64,000 nt of DNA from Heterodontus francisci (GCF_036365525.1 NC_090404.1:7874001-7938000); one strand, 5' to 3'. Numbered from the stretch's first letter, positions 36,740 to 50,424 are shown. Notes: generated by a model from the letters alone, not told the origin. Numbers and translations: made by a program.

Positions 36740-39715
36740 CATAGAGATACACAGCCCAGAATCAGGCCCTTCGGCCCTTCGTGCCCGTGCTGGCCATCAA
36801 GCTTTCTAATCCCATTTTCCAGCACTTGGCCCGTAGCCTTGTATGCTATGACGTTTCAAGTGCTCATCTAAATACTTTTGAAATGTTGTGAGGGTTCCTA
36901 CCTCTACCACCCCTTCAGGCAATGTGTTCCAGATTCCAGCCACCCTCTGGGTGAAAAAAGTTTTCCTCAAATCTCCTCTAAACCTCCTGCCCCTTATCTT
37001 AAATCTATGCCAGCTGGTTATTGACCCCTCCGCTAAGAGGAAAGGTTTCTTCCAATATACCCTATCTGTGCCCCTCATAATTTTGTATGCCTCAGTCAGA
37101 TCCCCCCTCAGCCTTGTCTGCGCTAAGGAAAACAATCCTAGCCTGTCCAGTCTCTCTTCATAGCTGAAATGCTCCAGCCCAGGCAACATCCTGGTGTATC
37201 ACCACTGTATCCTCTCCATTGCAATCACATCCTTCCTATAGTATGGCGACCAGAACTGTCCACTGTGGCCTAACTAGCATTTTATACAGCTCCATCATAA
37301 CCTCCCTACTCTTATATTCTATCTCTCGGTTAATAAAGGCAGGTATCCCATATGCCTTCCGAACCACCTTATCCAGCTGTGCTGCTGCCTTCAGTGATCT
37401 ATGGGCAAGTACACCAAGGTCCCTCTGACCCTCTGTACTTCCTAGGGTCTCACCACCCATTGTATATTCCCTTGACTTGTTAGTCCTCCCGAAATGCATC
37501 ACCTCACACTTCTCAGGATTAATTTCCATTTGCCACTGCTCTGCCCATCTTACCAGCCCATCTATATAATCCTGTAATCTAAGGCTTTCCTCCTCACTAT
37601 TTACGACACCACCAATATTCGTGTCATCTGCGAAACACCTCCTAAATTCACGTCTAAATCATGAATATACACTACAACAGCAAGGGTCCCAGCACAGATC
37701 CCTGCCGTACATCACTGGTCACAGGCTTCCAATCGCAAAAACAACCATCGACCATTACCCTCTGCCTCCTGACACTAAGCCAATTTTGGATCCAATTTGC
37801 CAAATTGCCCTGGATCCCATGGGCTCTTACCTTCTTAACCAATCTCCCATGTGGGACCGTATCAAAAGCCTTACTGAAGTCCATGTAGATTACATCAACT
37901 GCTTTACCGTCATCTACACACCTAGTCACCTCCTCGAAAAATTCAATCGGTTTGTTAGACATGATCTCCGTCTGACAAAGCCATGCTGACTATCCTTGAT
38001 TAATCCCTGCCTCTCCAAGTGGAGATTATTCCTGTCCCTCAAATTTTTTCCAATAGTTTCCCTACCACTGATGTTAGACTCACTGGCCTGTAATTTCCTG
38101 ATTTATCCCTGCTACCCTTCTTGAATAATGCTACCACATTCGCTGTCCTCCAGTCCCTTGCCACTTCTCCTGTGGCCAGAGAGGATTTGAAAATTCGTGT
38201 CAGAGCCCCTGCTATCTCCTCCCCTGCCTCAGATAACAGCCTGGGATACATCTCAGCTGGGCCTGCGGATGTATCCACTTTTAAGCCCGCTAAAACCGCT
38301 AATACTTCCTCCCTTTCAATGCTAATTTGTTCAAGTATATCACAATCCCCCTCTCTGATCTCTACACCTACATCATCCTTCTCCATAGTGCTCACAGATG
38401 TAAAGTAATCACTTAAAACCTCACCTACGCCATCCGGCTCCACACCCAGATTATCACTTTGGTCTCTAATGGGCTCTACTCTTTCCCTGGTTATCCTTTT
38501 GCCCTTAATATACTTATAAAAACGCCTTGGGATTTTCCTTTATATTGCCCGCCAGTGTTTTTTCATGCCCCCTGTTGGCTCTCCTAATTACTTTTTTTGT
38601 ACCCCCCCCCCCACCCCCCGCCCCACCCACACACACACAGACACACACACACTTTCTATACTCCTCTGAGACCTCCGCTGTTTTCAGCACATATCTTTGT
38701 CTAACATTATTTCTCATTCTGATCCTATTTGATGTTTGCCTTCATCTCATCTGCCTTCCAATTTCGCTTACTACTTTTCTACTTCCTGTTATCAGCTTTG
38801 CTTCCCTCCAATTTGAGCCCCCTCTTAGGTTTCCAACCCCTGATAATGTAGTTTAAACCCTCAGAAACAACACTAGCAGATTTCCCTGAGGATATTAGTT
38901 CCAGTCCAGCTAAGGTGCAACCTGCCCACCTTGTACAGGTCTCACTGCCTCCAACAGATCCCAATGCTTCAGAAATCTGATGCCCTCTCTCCGACACCAA
39001 TTCTCCAGCCATGTGTTCAATCGCTTAATCTTCCTATTCCTATGATCACTAGCACGAGGCACTGGAAGTAATCCTGAGATTACTGCTTTTGAGGTCCTGC
39101 TTTTTAATTTCTTTCTTAACTCTTTAAACTCTATTTTCAGGACCTCATCCCCTTCTTACCTATGTCGTTGGTACCAACGTGGGCCACGGCCTCTGGCGTT
39201 TTACCCTCCGCCAGAAGAATGTCCTGCGGCAGGTCTGTGACATCCTTGACCCTGGCACTAGCGAGGCAACATATCATCCTGGTGTCACGTCTGCGGCCGC
39301 AGAAACGCCTGTCTGTTCTTCTAACTAACGAATCGCCTATCACTATTGCCCTTCAGCCTTCCTACCTCACCTTCTGTTGCAGCTGAGCCACCCGTGGTGC
39401 CACGGACTTGGTTCTTGCTGCACTCCTCTGAGCAACCATCATGTTCACCCATATACAAAATGGAAAACCGGTTGGCAAGCGAGATTAATTCAGGTGACTC
39501 CTGCACTAGCGGCCTGTTTTCGTAGACTATTTGGCGGTCATCCATTCCCTCACTGCCTGCACATTCTTAACGTGCGGTGCGACCACCTCCCTAAATATGC
39601 TATCCACGGAGTTTTCCACCTTGCAGATGCACCATAGTAACTCCAGCCGCCGCTCGTGTTCTGAAACACAGAGTTAAGCTACTGCAGTTGATGACTCTTC
39701 CTGCAGATGTGTTTG
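36740..39715 (-). mobile_element. Long degenerate CR1 LINE (ORF1 esterase region + ORF2 RT)
   Basis: IGDSLVR...HVGTNDIG (SGNH esterase of CR1 ORF1, 39137-39343), NYRPVSLTSVVGK, YMDFSKAFDTVPH, QGSVLGPLL, and a 3' end at about 36740-36800. Confidence 0.88.
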
Positions 39716-40789
39716 TCATTAATTCCCATTGGATAGCGGGTTTGATCAGAGATACTGACGATCACAACATAAAGTACCGGACTGAGGAGCCAGTCACACA
39801 GTGAGTGCAGTCCATGGTGTGAGGAAATTACAGGTTCCGAATAGTTCACTTCACTGAGTGTTTATTTATTTTATGCTGCTGTGTGTCGAATCACCAAGAG
39901 CATTAACACCTGGCAAGCGTTTACATTGACGTTTGCATACTGTGCGGTAATAATGCACACATTCTAAAAGAATGAGTTTGCAATTACTCTAAAATAACTT
40001 TCAGTGGCGATTTCCACACATGAACCAAATGAAATCTTCACCTTGTGTTCATCAAACCGGAACCACCGTCAACCACCTCAGTCTGATTGGTGACAATGAG
40101 TGAAATAAACAGAACATCTTCATATACACACCAACCAATGTTTTGTCACTTTGAAATAATATCTTACCGCCCTCACCCGACTGTGTTGGCAATTTCTCGG
40201 AGGGGAATATGAGGCCCCTTCCACAAATATCTGCTGAAACCGTTAGAATCGTGTCTGCCTGAACTTTTCTAAGAGATGATGTTGGAACCAGTCAGGAACA
40301 GGTCAATCTGTCGATTAAAGGGATAATTTCATTTAAAATTGGTTCTGGCAAAATAAAGCTGTACTTTTATCGTGATCCTGTGGAAGTTTAGTTTCATTCA
40401 GTGAGTGATACACACTTCTGGCATATATACTTTCCACATTAGCAAATATTTATTTTTGTGTGAGTTAGGTGGCTCCATTAAAATATTAACTACGACACCA
40501 GCACTTGATGGGTTAAAGATGGGCAGAATTTGAGCGGTAGTACTAAATAGTTGGGAACACATTGGTCACCCTGCTTGAATTACATGGAATTTAATACCCG
40601 GTGGGGTGTATAACAGGCAACTCATTCGCTATCACTGTGCGCCCATCCCCACTCCACACCCCCAACCCCCAACCCCACCCACGCATTCTGTGCGACCGCT
40701 TGTTAGGAATGATCAGTAATGTTGAATTGTAGCATGCAACTGTGATTAATGGGTGAACAAGGTCAAATCCAGAAGCAGATAGAAGAGAT

Positions 40790-42255
40790 AAAGGTCTCAG
40801 AGGACTTGCAGGTGGTGGTGTTCCCATGCACCTGCTACCTTTCTCCTTCTCGGTGGTAGATTTTGCGAATTTTGAGGTGCTGTCAAAGATCACTTGTCGA
40901 TTTTCTGCAGTGCATCTTGGAGAAAGTACACACGGCTGCCACTGTGCGCTGATGGTGGAAAGAGTGAATGTTTAAAGTGGTGCATGGGGTGCCAATCAAG
41001 CGGGCTCTTTGTCCTGAATGGTGTCGAGCTTCCTGAGTGTTGTTGGAGCTGCACCCATCCAGGCAAGTGGAGAGTATTCCATCACACTCCTGACTTGTGC
41101 CGTATTGGTGATGGATATGCTTTGCAGTACGAGGAAGTCATCACAGAATATCCCAAATACCCAGGCTCTGACCTGCTCTTGGAGCCACAGTATTTTTTTT
41201 TATTCTTTCATGGGATGCGGACATCACTGGAAAGGCCGTCATTTGTTGCCCATCCCTAATTGCTCTTAACAACTGAGTGGCTTGCTAGGCCATTTCAGAA
41301 GGCAGTTAAGAGTCAACCACATTGCTGTGAGTCTGGAATCACATGTAGGCCAGACCAGGTAAGGACGGCAGATTTCCTTCCCTGAAGGACATTCGTGAAC
41401 CAGGACGGTTTTTACGATAATCGATGATAATTTTCAGGCACCATTACTGAGGCTAGCTTTCAATTCCAGGTTTTTATAAATTAAATCATTTTATTAATTA
41501 ATTAAATTTGAATTCCACGGGCTGCAGTGTCGGTTTTGAACCCGTATCCTCAGAGCCTGGACCTCGAGATTATTAATTCAGCAATATGGTCAATGGTCAA
41601 CGGTGAGCCCCAGGATACTGATGGTGAGTGATATGTCGACAATAATGCTTTGAATGTCAGAGGGAAATAGTGGAATTTTTATCTTGGAATTGGTCATTGC
41701 CTGGCACTTCTGTGAAGTGAATGTCACTTGCCACTTGTCAGTCCAAGCTTGAATGTTGTTCAGGTCTTGCTGCATGCGGGCCCGGAATTCTTTATTATCT
41801 GAGGCAAAATACTATGGATGCTGGAAATGTGGAAATCGTTAACATGAGTTCCTAAATGTTTCTCTCTCCATAGATGCTGCCTGACCTGGCCAGCATTTTA
41901 ATATTCTGTTTTTATGTTATTTTCTGAGGAGTTGGAAATGGAACAGAACGCTAAGCGACATGCCCACTTCTGACCTTATGGAGCAGTGATGAAGCAGTTG
42001 AATGGTCATTAATGAAGCAGTTGAAGATTGTTGGGACACTAGGACACTATCCTGAGGAACTCCTGCCGCAATGTCCTGCAGCTGAGATGATTGGTCTCCA
42101 ACAACCAAAACCATCAGCCTTTGTGCGAGGTGTGACTCCAACCAGTAGAGAGTTTTTCCCCTGATTCCCAATGGCTCCAGTTTTGCGAGGGCTCCTTCAT
42201 GCCATACTCATTCAAATGCCGCCTTGGTTATAACGTCAGTCACTCTCACCTCACC
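40790..42255 (-). mobile_element. Fragments of the APE-RT LINE family with a nested SINE
   Basis: GIRGKTLYWLESHL...GVPQDSVL and QQDLNNIQAWTDKWQVTF. Confidence 0.75.
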
Positions 42256-42829
42256 GTCTCCACACCACTATCGCTCCACCATGGAATCATTCCGGATTAT
42301 AACTGAATCGGCTTTGATGGAAATGTTTTTCTTTTAATGATAAAATGCACTCTCTCCACGATATTAAATATATGTGGTTTAAAAATACATCTAGAATATG
42401 AAGAAATAAAAGTCGCAGGTAGAATATGGCAACTGGATCCTGTTCTGTTATTAAAGCAAGAAATTCCTGGCGGTGTCAGCAAACGCTTGCACAGAGCAGA
42501 ACGAAATATCGATTCACAACTTTAAGGGGAAAGCAGCTGATTGAGAAGCGGAAAGGACAGTTTAACCGGTAGATTGATTCTGTGATGGATCTGTCTGTCC
42601 GATTGGATTCTGCAGTTTGTTTTCTCGGCCGCTCCTGGAAACAGTTGGGTGACAGTTTGATCCAAGGTTAATTTGGTTTCCTCCAGGTGTGTATTTGAGC
42701 GCCTGACAGCGCGCTGCACATTGTGGCTGCATCTGCCCGCGATTCTACACAAACACAACAGACAGGAGCTCCCACCCACAGTCCAAAAGCAGTTTTTGTA
42801 CAGGGGTGAGACTGCTTTCCATCACTGTG

Positions 42830-43297
42830 AGGCTGAGAGAGCGCAGTAATACACGGCAGCGTCAGTCAGCTGCAGACCCGAGATGGTTAAACTGGTGAAT
42901 TTTATCGAGGTCTGGAGCTTTACAGAGAAACGGGTTTTGGCAAAATCTGCTTTATATTCATAATCATCATAATCCTTCCTAAGTATAAACTCGGGCTGTG
43001 TATCTGGGTGTTGCCGGTACCAGTATAAATAATAGCTGCTCCTTGTAGTATCATAGGTACAGCTTAAAGTCACCGCTTCTCCTTCTGTCTTAACATCTGA
43101 GGGCAGGAGCTGAGTGACAGAATCTCCATGACTCCGATCTGAAAAACATGTTTAAACAGGAAAAGAACAGACTGACGACTGTTTAAAATTCAGATTTAAA
43201 ACATGTTTATGAAATGTGAGAAAAGATGAAATATGTTTCGTCCACAATTACCTGTCAGAAATGCTCCCCACACAACCCAGATGCTGAGTAGCCGCAT
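42830..43297 (-). CDS. Conventional TCR alpha/delta V segment with leader: leader 43252-43297, V exon 42830-43138
   Basis: MRLLSIWVVWGAFLT/DRSHG-DSVTQLLPSDVKTEGEAVTLSCTYDTTRSSYYLYWYRQHPDTQPEFIL...LQLTDAAVYYCALSA. RSS cacagtg (42823-42829), 23-nt spacer, acaaaaact (42791-42799). Confidence 0.94.
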
Positions 43298-43899
43298 TGT
43301 CGCTGTCGCTCTGTAAAAGGGGGGTTGGATATTTGAAGACTCCCGTTCTAATCCCCACCCTCAATAATCTGCTGTCCTGCTCAGGATTCTCTCATCTCAC
43401 TTCCTTGTGTCCCCAGTGGTGCTGTGAGAGCGGTAGGTGGTGAGCTGGCTGTCAGTGAATGGAAACACCCCGAGCTGGGCTACAGTCACTGTGCTTATAT
43501 GGGGAATGGTTCCGCTGTTAGAGACGTGGGGCGGGGACTGAAACCATTGTCTGGTTATTGTAACCGGAAACATGGGATTGTTAATGGATTTGGTTCATTC
43601 TGCCGTCAACTCTTCCTCTCAAATTCCAGTAACTTCACCATCAGCACACTGGTAACCGTGACTCCAGTGAGATTTCCTTCACCGATCAGTTAACTAGTGA
43701 ACGAACAATGATTCTGTACTTTGCCGGAGTGATTTATAGATCATTCCTTTTCGAACCTTTGTTACTGAACAAACAACCGAACAAAATAAACCTTTAACAT
43801 CGATCCCCACTAACGGAACAGCGAGTGGCTTCAGAAATGAAATCTCAGAGTGTGTTTGTCATTCACATTTTAATATTCTATCACCATCTTCCACAACTA

Positions 43900-45456
43900 A
43901 GTGTGAAAATAGATAAGTCCCCTGGGCCAGATGGGATTTATCCTAGGATTCTCTGGGAAGCTAGGGAGGAGATTGCAGAGCCTTTGTCCTTGATCTTTAT
44001 GTCGTCATTGTCGACAGGTATAGTGCCGGAAGACTGGAGGATAGCAAATGTTGTCCCCTTGTTCAAGAAGGGGAGTAGAGACAGCCCTGGTAATTATAGA
44101 CCTGTGAGCCTTACTTCGGTTGTGGGTAAAATGTTGGAAAAGGTTATAAGAGACAGGATTTATAATCATCTTGAAAAGAATAAGTTCATTAGAGATAGTC
44201 AGCACGGTTTTGTGACGGGTAGGTCGTGCCTCACAAACCTGATTGAGTTTTTCGAGAAGGTGACCAAACAGGTGGATGAGGGTAAAGCAGTGGATGTGGT
44301 GTATATGGATTTCAGTAAGGCGTTTGATAAGGTTCCCCACGGTAGGCTATTGCAGAAAATACGGAAGTATGGGGTTGAAGGTGATTTAGAGCTTTGGATC
44401 AGAAATTGGCTAGCTGAAAGAAGCCAGAGGGTGGTGGTTGATGGCAAATGTTCATCCTGGAGTTTAGTTACTAGTGGTGTACCGCAAGGATCTGTTTTGG
44501 GGCCACTGCTGTTTGTCTTTTTTATAAATGACCTGGAAGAGGGTGTAGGAGGGTGGGTTAGTAAATTTGCAGATGACACTAAGGTCGGTGGAGTTGTGGA
44601 TAGTGCCGAAGGATGTTGTAGGGTACAGAGGGACATAGATAGGCTGCAGAGCTGGGTTGAGAGATGGCAAATGGAGTTTAATGCGGAAAAGTGTGAGGTG
44701 ATTCACTTTGGAAGGAGTAACAGGAATGCAGAGTACTGGGCTAATGGGAAGATTCTTGGTAGTGTAGATGAACAGAGAGATCTTGGTGTCCAGGTGCATA
44801 AATCCCTGAAGGTTGCTAACCAGGTTAATAGGGCTGTTAAGAAGGCATATGGTGTGTTAGCTTTTATTAGTAGGGGGATCGAGTTTCGGAGCCACGAGGT
44901 CATGCTGCAGCTATACAAAACTCTGGTGAGACCGCACCTGGAGTATTGCGTGCAGTTCTGGTCACCGCATTATAGGAAGGATGTGGAAGCTATGGAAAGG
45001 GTGCAGAGGAGATTTACTAGGATGTTGCCTGGTATGGAGGGAAGGTCTTACGAGGAAAGGCTGAGGGACTTGAGGTTGTTTTCGTTGGAGAGAAGGAGGA
45101 GGAGAGGTGACTTAATAGAGACATATAAGATAATCAGAGGGTTAGATAGGGTGGATAGTGAGACTCTTTTTCCTCGGATGGTGATGGCAAACATGAGGGG
45201 ACATAGCTTCAAGTTGAGGGGTGATAGATATAGGACAGATGTGAGAGGTAGTTTCTTTACTCAGAGAGTAGTAAGGGCGTGGAACGCCCTGCCTGCAGCA
45301 GTAGTAGATTCGCCAACTTTAAGGGCATTTAAGTGGTCATTGGATAGATATATGGATGAAAATGGAATAGTGTAGGTCAGATGGTTTCACAGGTCGGCGC
45401 AACATCGAGGGCCGAAGGGCCTGTACTGCGCTGTAATGTTCCAATTCTAATTCTAA
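43900..45456 (+). mobile_element. Young 5'-truncated CR1 LINE with uninterrupted RT frame
   Basis: About 490 codons open (KSPGPDGI, PQGSVLGP, KFADD), followed by the 3' UTR and a (ttctaa)n tail. Confidence 0.92.
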
Positions 45457-45691
45457 TCCTGAAAAAACTTCCACTCACTTGTCCTGCTCACTGGTTAGTA
45501 TCAGAAGCCAATCGTTCGATATGTAGATGCTTCGTTGTGAGGATTATTGTTCAATGTACCTTCCCAATCCATTGAAGTAAATTGATTTCAACTATTAAAC
45601 TTCTTTCTATTCCATGTTTTACTCAGCTTTTGGTGAAACAGAAATCACCTCACTGTCCGGCGTTTGATCCATGAAAGGAAAAGTGCTGTCT

Positions 45692-45706
45692 GACGCCCTC
45701 TGGTGG
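45692..45706 (-). promoter_or_regulatory. CTCF-binding motif
   Basis: Reverse complement CCACCAGAGGGCGTC. Confidence 0.65.
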
Positions 45707-46156
45707 CTATGCTGAGAAGTGGGCAGACGGCAATGAACAGGGTGTGAGAAATTCTGTGTTGAGACAGTGGCCAGATATGACAGCTCCTGTTTATAGAAAC
45801 TCGATCGGAACGGTTATGAATTTATATGCCGAGCAGAAAGAAAGGTTTTAAACGTTTAAACGAAAGACTGGAAAAAGGAAATGTATTCAATTATAGCTAA
45901 ACAGTGGAGACACACGATAACGAGGAACAAGTGGGCAGGGGGAGGGCACAGAGAAACAAAAAGGGAGTCAAGGCATCATAGATTGAATATAAGATGCATT
46001 TTTCTTATAAATACGCGTTGTAATCACAATCTAATATAACTGCACAAGTGGACATCAGCTGTTGCTATTGATTGCTGTGCTTCATTGCAATTTTGAGAAG
46101 GTTCCTGCGAATCTCAGAGTGGAGGCTGAATGAAAGCTTCTGCTTATCGATGTGAG

Positions 46157-46184
46157 GGCGCCCTCTGGTGAGCTCTAACTGCAA
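46157..46184 (-). promoter_or_regulatory. CTCF-binding motif with upstream TGCAG module
   Basis: Reverse complement TTGCAGttagagcTCACCAGAGGGCGCC. A paralogous, degenerate site lies at about 10698-10725. Confidence 0.6.
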
Positions 46185-49097
46185 CTCTCAGTGAGTCCGG
46201 TATCAGCTATCTCTCTGCAGCAGGGCGGGGCTCATGGCACAGAAATACGCGGCGCTGCCGGAGATCTGGGTGTTGTGGATCGTTAGCTGGGTAATCGTGG
46301 CAGTTTTGCTAAACATAGAAGAGAATCTGTCAGCGAATTCAGGCTTCCGGATGAAACACGTACTGAAGAGGCTGCCCGGGGTGCTAACTACGCCAGAATA
46401 TAGAAGGGTTAGTTAGAAGTGCTTGTTTGCAAGGTACAGGTTAATGTGATATTACTTACCTCTTCAACCATCATTTCAGGAACCGGCTGTTACATTATGT
46501 CTCGGTGACTCCATTCTAAAATACTAAAAATAGTAACAGTCACAATGAGCATCGACATCGTATGGATCAATATAACCGTCAATACCACCATCACGATCAT
46601 TTCACATTGTCCGCTACAGCGGACAGGGTGTAGAATGGATTTTTACTGGGAAGGAAATTCTTACTGAGAAGCGGTGAGAGACTGTTCCCCATGATACTTC
46701 CTGAATCTGCAACTCTGCAGTGCAGGAAATTCTCTGTCGGAGCAGGAAGACAGATCCTCGCCACCCTGCACTGCCGATCTAATACCAAACAAGGAACAGC
46801 GGCAGCAATCTCCAAAACGGGGCAGGCAAGGCAGGTCAGAGAGAAAGAGAGAGAGAGAGCGAGCAGCAAACTAAAGCTGTGGGCGGAGCTGCCGCCAACT
46901 CCAGTTTGAGTTAACTCAAGATTCTGTGTAACCGCAGAGATTGCGCAGTGAGGGTGTTGATGGAGTGGAAAGGGAGATAGTTGGATGGCAGAATTCTGTT
47001 GGCAGGCTGCTCCTGATCACTGTTTACGTGACTGGGAACAAATAACTTGCGAAAGAAATTAAGGAACTAGAAACATCGGATCATAAAGCACCGAATGATA
47101 CCATTTGGCCCATCATACCTGCGCCGGCTCTTTGAAAGAACTATCACCTTAGTCTCCACTCCACGCTCTTTCCACACAGTCCTGCATTTTTCCCGTTCAA
47201 ATACACATACTGTTCTCCTTTCAAAATTACAATTGAATTTGCTTCCTCCGCCCTTTCAGGCTGTGCATTCCAAATCATGAAAATCGCACTTTAAAAATAA
47301 ATCTCCTCTCCCATGTCTTTTTTGTCAATTCCATGAAATCCGGGTTCTTGGGATATTAAATTTCCTGCCATTGGAAATATTATATTATAGCGATCTATTA
47401 TAGCAAAACCCAATATAATTCTAACTTCACAATGAAATCTCCCTTAATCTTCGATATAAAGAGAATAACTGCAGCTTCTCTAGCCTCTCCACAAGTCCCT
47501 TATCCCTGATCAAAACCGATTAGATCGCCTCTGCACCCTCTCCAAGGCCATGAAAACATTCATGAAGTGGGGATTGAAATAATTTCATTCATTCATTAAT
47601 TCCTCTTCAGATTATTTCCAAGGATTTATGAACTCTTTCAATTAGACTGTGCAGTAATGTGAGTATTATGAATATTCATAAAAATAACAGTCCTTGCTCT
47701 AATCGTGCAGGCGGTGCCTGATGAGCTCAGAAACATTGGCCTCTGCAGGAATCATATTTCAATAGCATCTCTGTCCCTCCCTGCAGATAGGATGCTTCGT
47801 TACGTTAAAGCCGCTCTATAAATACAATTTTTTGTTCATGTAGATATAAGGAAAAACAATGTTATGCAAAGAGTTGTTCTGCTTGACCGAGAAGTGAAAG
47901 CAGTAGCATTCAAAAGTAAAAGACAAATGGAAAAATACTTGATGCGCAAACATTATGTGTCAAGCAGACTGTTTGTGTTCCCATCAAGCAGATGGGAGTT
48001 TAGTGCCTGGGTGGACTTTAGGTCTCTGCGACAGCTCATTCGGCGGTGTTGTGAGATCCATTAAACCATTGGCCATGTTTCTTTGCCGGGTTGTGCTCCT
48101 GAAGTTCCCTTTTTCCCCTGAGCAGCCCTTTCACTGTCTCCCTGTCAGTTTCCCGGAGCCTTTCACCGCGGCCTGTTCACCGGGTTTATTTGATCAGAGT
48201 GTGTTGTCGGGTCAAATACAGCTTATACAAAATGAACAGATTTCACAAAGTAGTGACTGCGATCTTTAAAATAAATCCCAAGCACAGAGTTCCCCCAATG
48301 TCCATTGTCCTTCTGAGTGTCTCCTCATTCTCTATCACTGCAACTGGAAACTCTGAATATTACAGGCTGGAAACCAATGATGACTGAATTGAAACATTTT
48401 GAACACAAACCACAGAAGGGGCGGGTGCAGAATGCATATGTTAAAATGATAGGGGGAGTTTACCCTTGTGTATATCTGCCTGGATATTGACAATGTCACT
48501 GGACTGTCTCATATTGTAACCTGACCCTCAGTTGCTGGACTGAGGGAAGCTGCCGGGTCTGAGGCTCCGTCCTTCAGATCAGGTGTTTAACCGAGGCCCC
48601 AACAGCCCGTTCAGGGAGATGTTAAAGAATCCCCGGCACTATTGGAATAAGAGAGGGGAGGGGGGATTCTCCCGGTGTCCTGGGCCCACATTCCACCCAC
48701 TGCAAACACCACCCAATAAAAACACATGGAGCGACCTCCCAGCTCATTACTGTGGGGGAAAGGAGGGCGGCAGCTTCTACTGACAGAACAACTCCCCCAG
48801 CCCCACCCCCTGTACATCAGATTAATGTGGGAGGGGATTTCACATCGGGCTCACAGACCCAATGAAGCGACAGGAAACTGCAGGTTCCCTCTTTAAACCT
48901 GCCGCTTATTCACACAACACACAGCCAGAGACCCGGGAACCGTGCAGCCCTTCAATCATCTCCGGGACACTGCCCTCTGCAACTCGATCCCGCTGAAATA
49001 CTTCAGTCCAGCTCTGAGGTCCAGTCTCCCAGAGCAGTCCAGGGCTGCAGTCTCCAGCTCCCCGTCATATAAACCATCAGCTCCAGGCAGCAGAACG

Positions 49098-49578
49098 ATG
49101 GGAATCCTCCTTGTTTTCACCCTGTGTGTCTGTTTACCCCGTGAGTACCGATCAAACAAACCGATATTGTGTGGATTTAATATAAAACTGCCCGAGTCCA
49201 TCCGAATTATAGACACTGTCTCGGGTTTTCGCTCGTTGTGTGGTTCAGCTCTGATGGCTCATTAAACTCTTTCTGTTTAATTTCCAGGCTCTTTCAGTCA
49301 GTCAGTGACACAGACCCCGGCAACGGTGAGCAAGAAGGAATGTCAGTCTCTCACCATCACCTGTGTTTACAATGGTGGTTTTTGGGCTCGTCCTTTAAAC
49401 AGGGGAGATTTTTTCAGACAAACTCAGCCAGGGACAAAGCGGGAGCGGATCTCCAGCGGAGGCCGATTTGTTGTATCGATGAATAAGGCAGAAAAGACAT
49501 TTTCTCTGGAAATTGAGGATGTGAGAGTTAAAGACACCGCCACCTATTACTGTAAAGCTGAGTACAGGTACAAGAACA
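49098..49578 (+). CDS. NAR-TCR V segment with leader (cassette 2): leader 49098-49140, V exon 49288-49578
   Basis: MGILLVFTLCVCLP; QSVTQTPATVSKKECQSLTITCVYNGGFWARPLNRGDFFRQ...TYYCKAEYRYKN. RSS cacagtg (49579-49585), 22-nt spacer, acaaaaact (49608-49616). Confidence 0.93.
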
Positions 49579-49968
49579 CACAGTGATAGGCCTCGGCTTC
49601 CCGCGTTACAAAAACTCACTGCAGATTATCACAGAAACAAATGAAAAAACGGAGTTCATCTGCCCTTCAACCCTGCAGTTCCGCCTCGCACCATCTCCCC
49701 CCACAGTCTAGTTTATAATGAGATTGGATTATTTCCGTTAACATCGTGAGTTTTATAAATGCCGGGTGTGTGCGGATGGTGATGTGATTCCCGGGATTGG
49801 TGCCAGTGAATGGCGATTGGAAATGACTGACACGAGTTCCAAATTCTTAACACCAGAAGGGATCCTGATCCAACAGCGAGAACCAGGAACCACAGTCCCT
49901 GCCGTTTAACTAATATCCCCACATGTCACCAAGTACCGAAGGTATTGACGCCGACTTGAAGCACAGTG

Positions 49969-49982
49969 TTGACAGGGCTGGC
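49969..49982 (+). CDS. NAR-TCR D segment (cassette 2), TTGACAGGGCTGGC, with divergent 12/12 RSS
   Basis: ggtattgac, 12 nt, cacagtg (49962-49968), D, cacgatg (49983-49989), 12 nt, ccaaatatc. Positionally homologous to the cassette-1 D. Confidence 0.75.
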
Positions 49983-50372
49983 CACGATGGCAGAGACTTG
50001 ACCAAATATCTCTGTACAATTAAAATCGAAACTCCTCGGGACAGGATCCTGAATTGTAGATTTGATATTATTATCGCTGTAATCTCGTTTAATGTCATTG
50101 TAATTTCCACCTTTCTGTTATTTTTCTTTGACATTTTTTCCGTTTATATGAAGATATCATCTCCGGCCCGTGTTCCTGGGCGATTTTACTAAGAGCTCGG
50201 AGTCTCACCAAGAACAGTTTGAATCGACGGAGAATGTAAAACATGGAATATCATTTATTGAAATAAAACTCCTGGAATAATTGGACAGCGTCGACTGTCT
50301 GTTGAAGTGTGGCCGGCAGATTGAGGTGTCGGTCGTTCTTGCACTGAGCTGACTGAGAGCGGTGTCACTGTG

Positions 50373-50424
50373 GTGTATTATGATTCTGTGGATGGATCCG
50401 GGACGGTGGTGACTGTGACAGCCG
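50373..50424 (+). CDS. NAR-TCR J segment (cassette 2)
   Basis: VYYDSVDGSGTVVTVTA then G|gtaagt. RSS cgttcttgc (50334-50342), 23-nt spacer, cactgtg (50366-50372). Confidence 0.92.

Noticed and set aside
39780-39830. cacagtg near 39797 as an orphan V RSS or leader remnant
   Set aside because: No nonamer and no recognisable Ig-domain sequence adjacent.
43825-45375. 516-aa ORF as a host gene
   Set aside because: It is CR1 ORF2 reverse transcriptase, with an N-terminus read in from flanking DNA.
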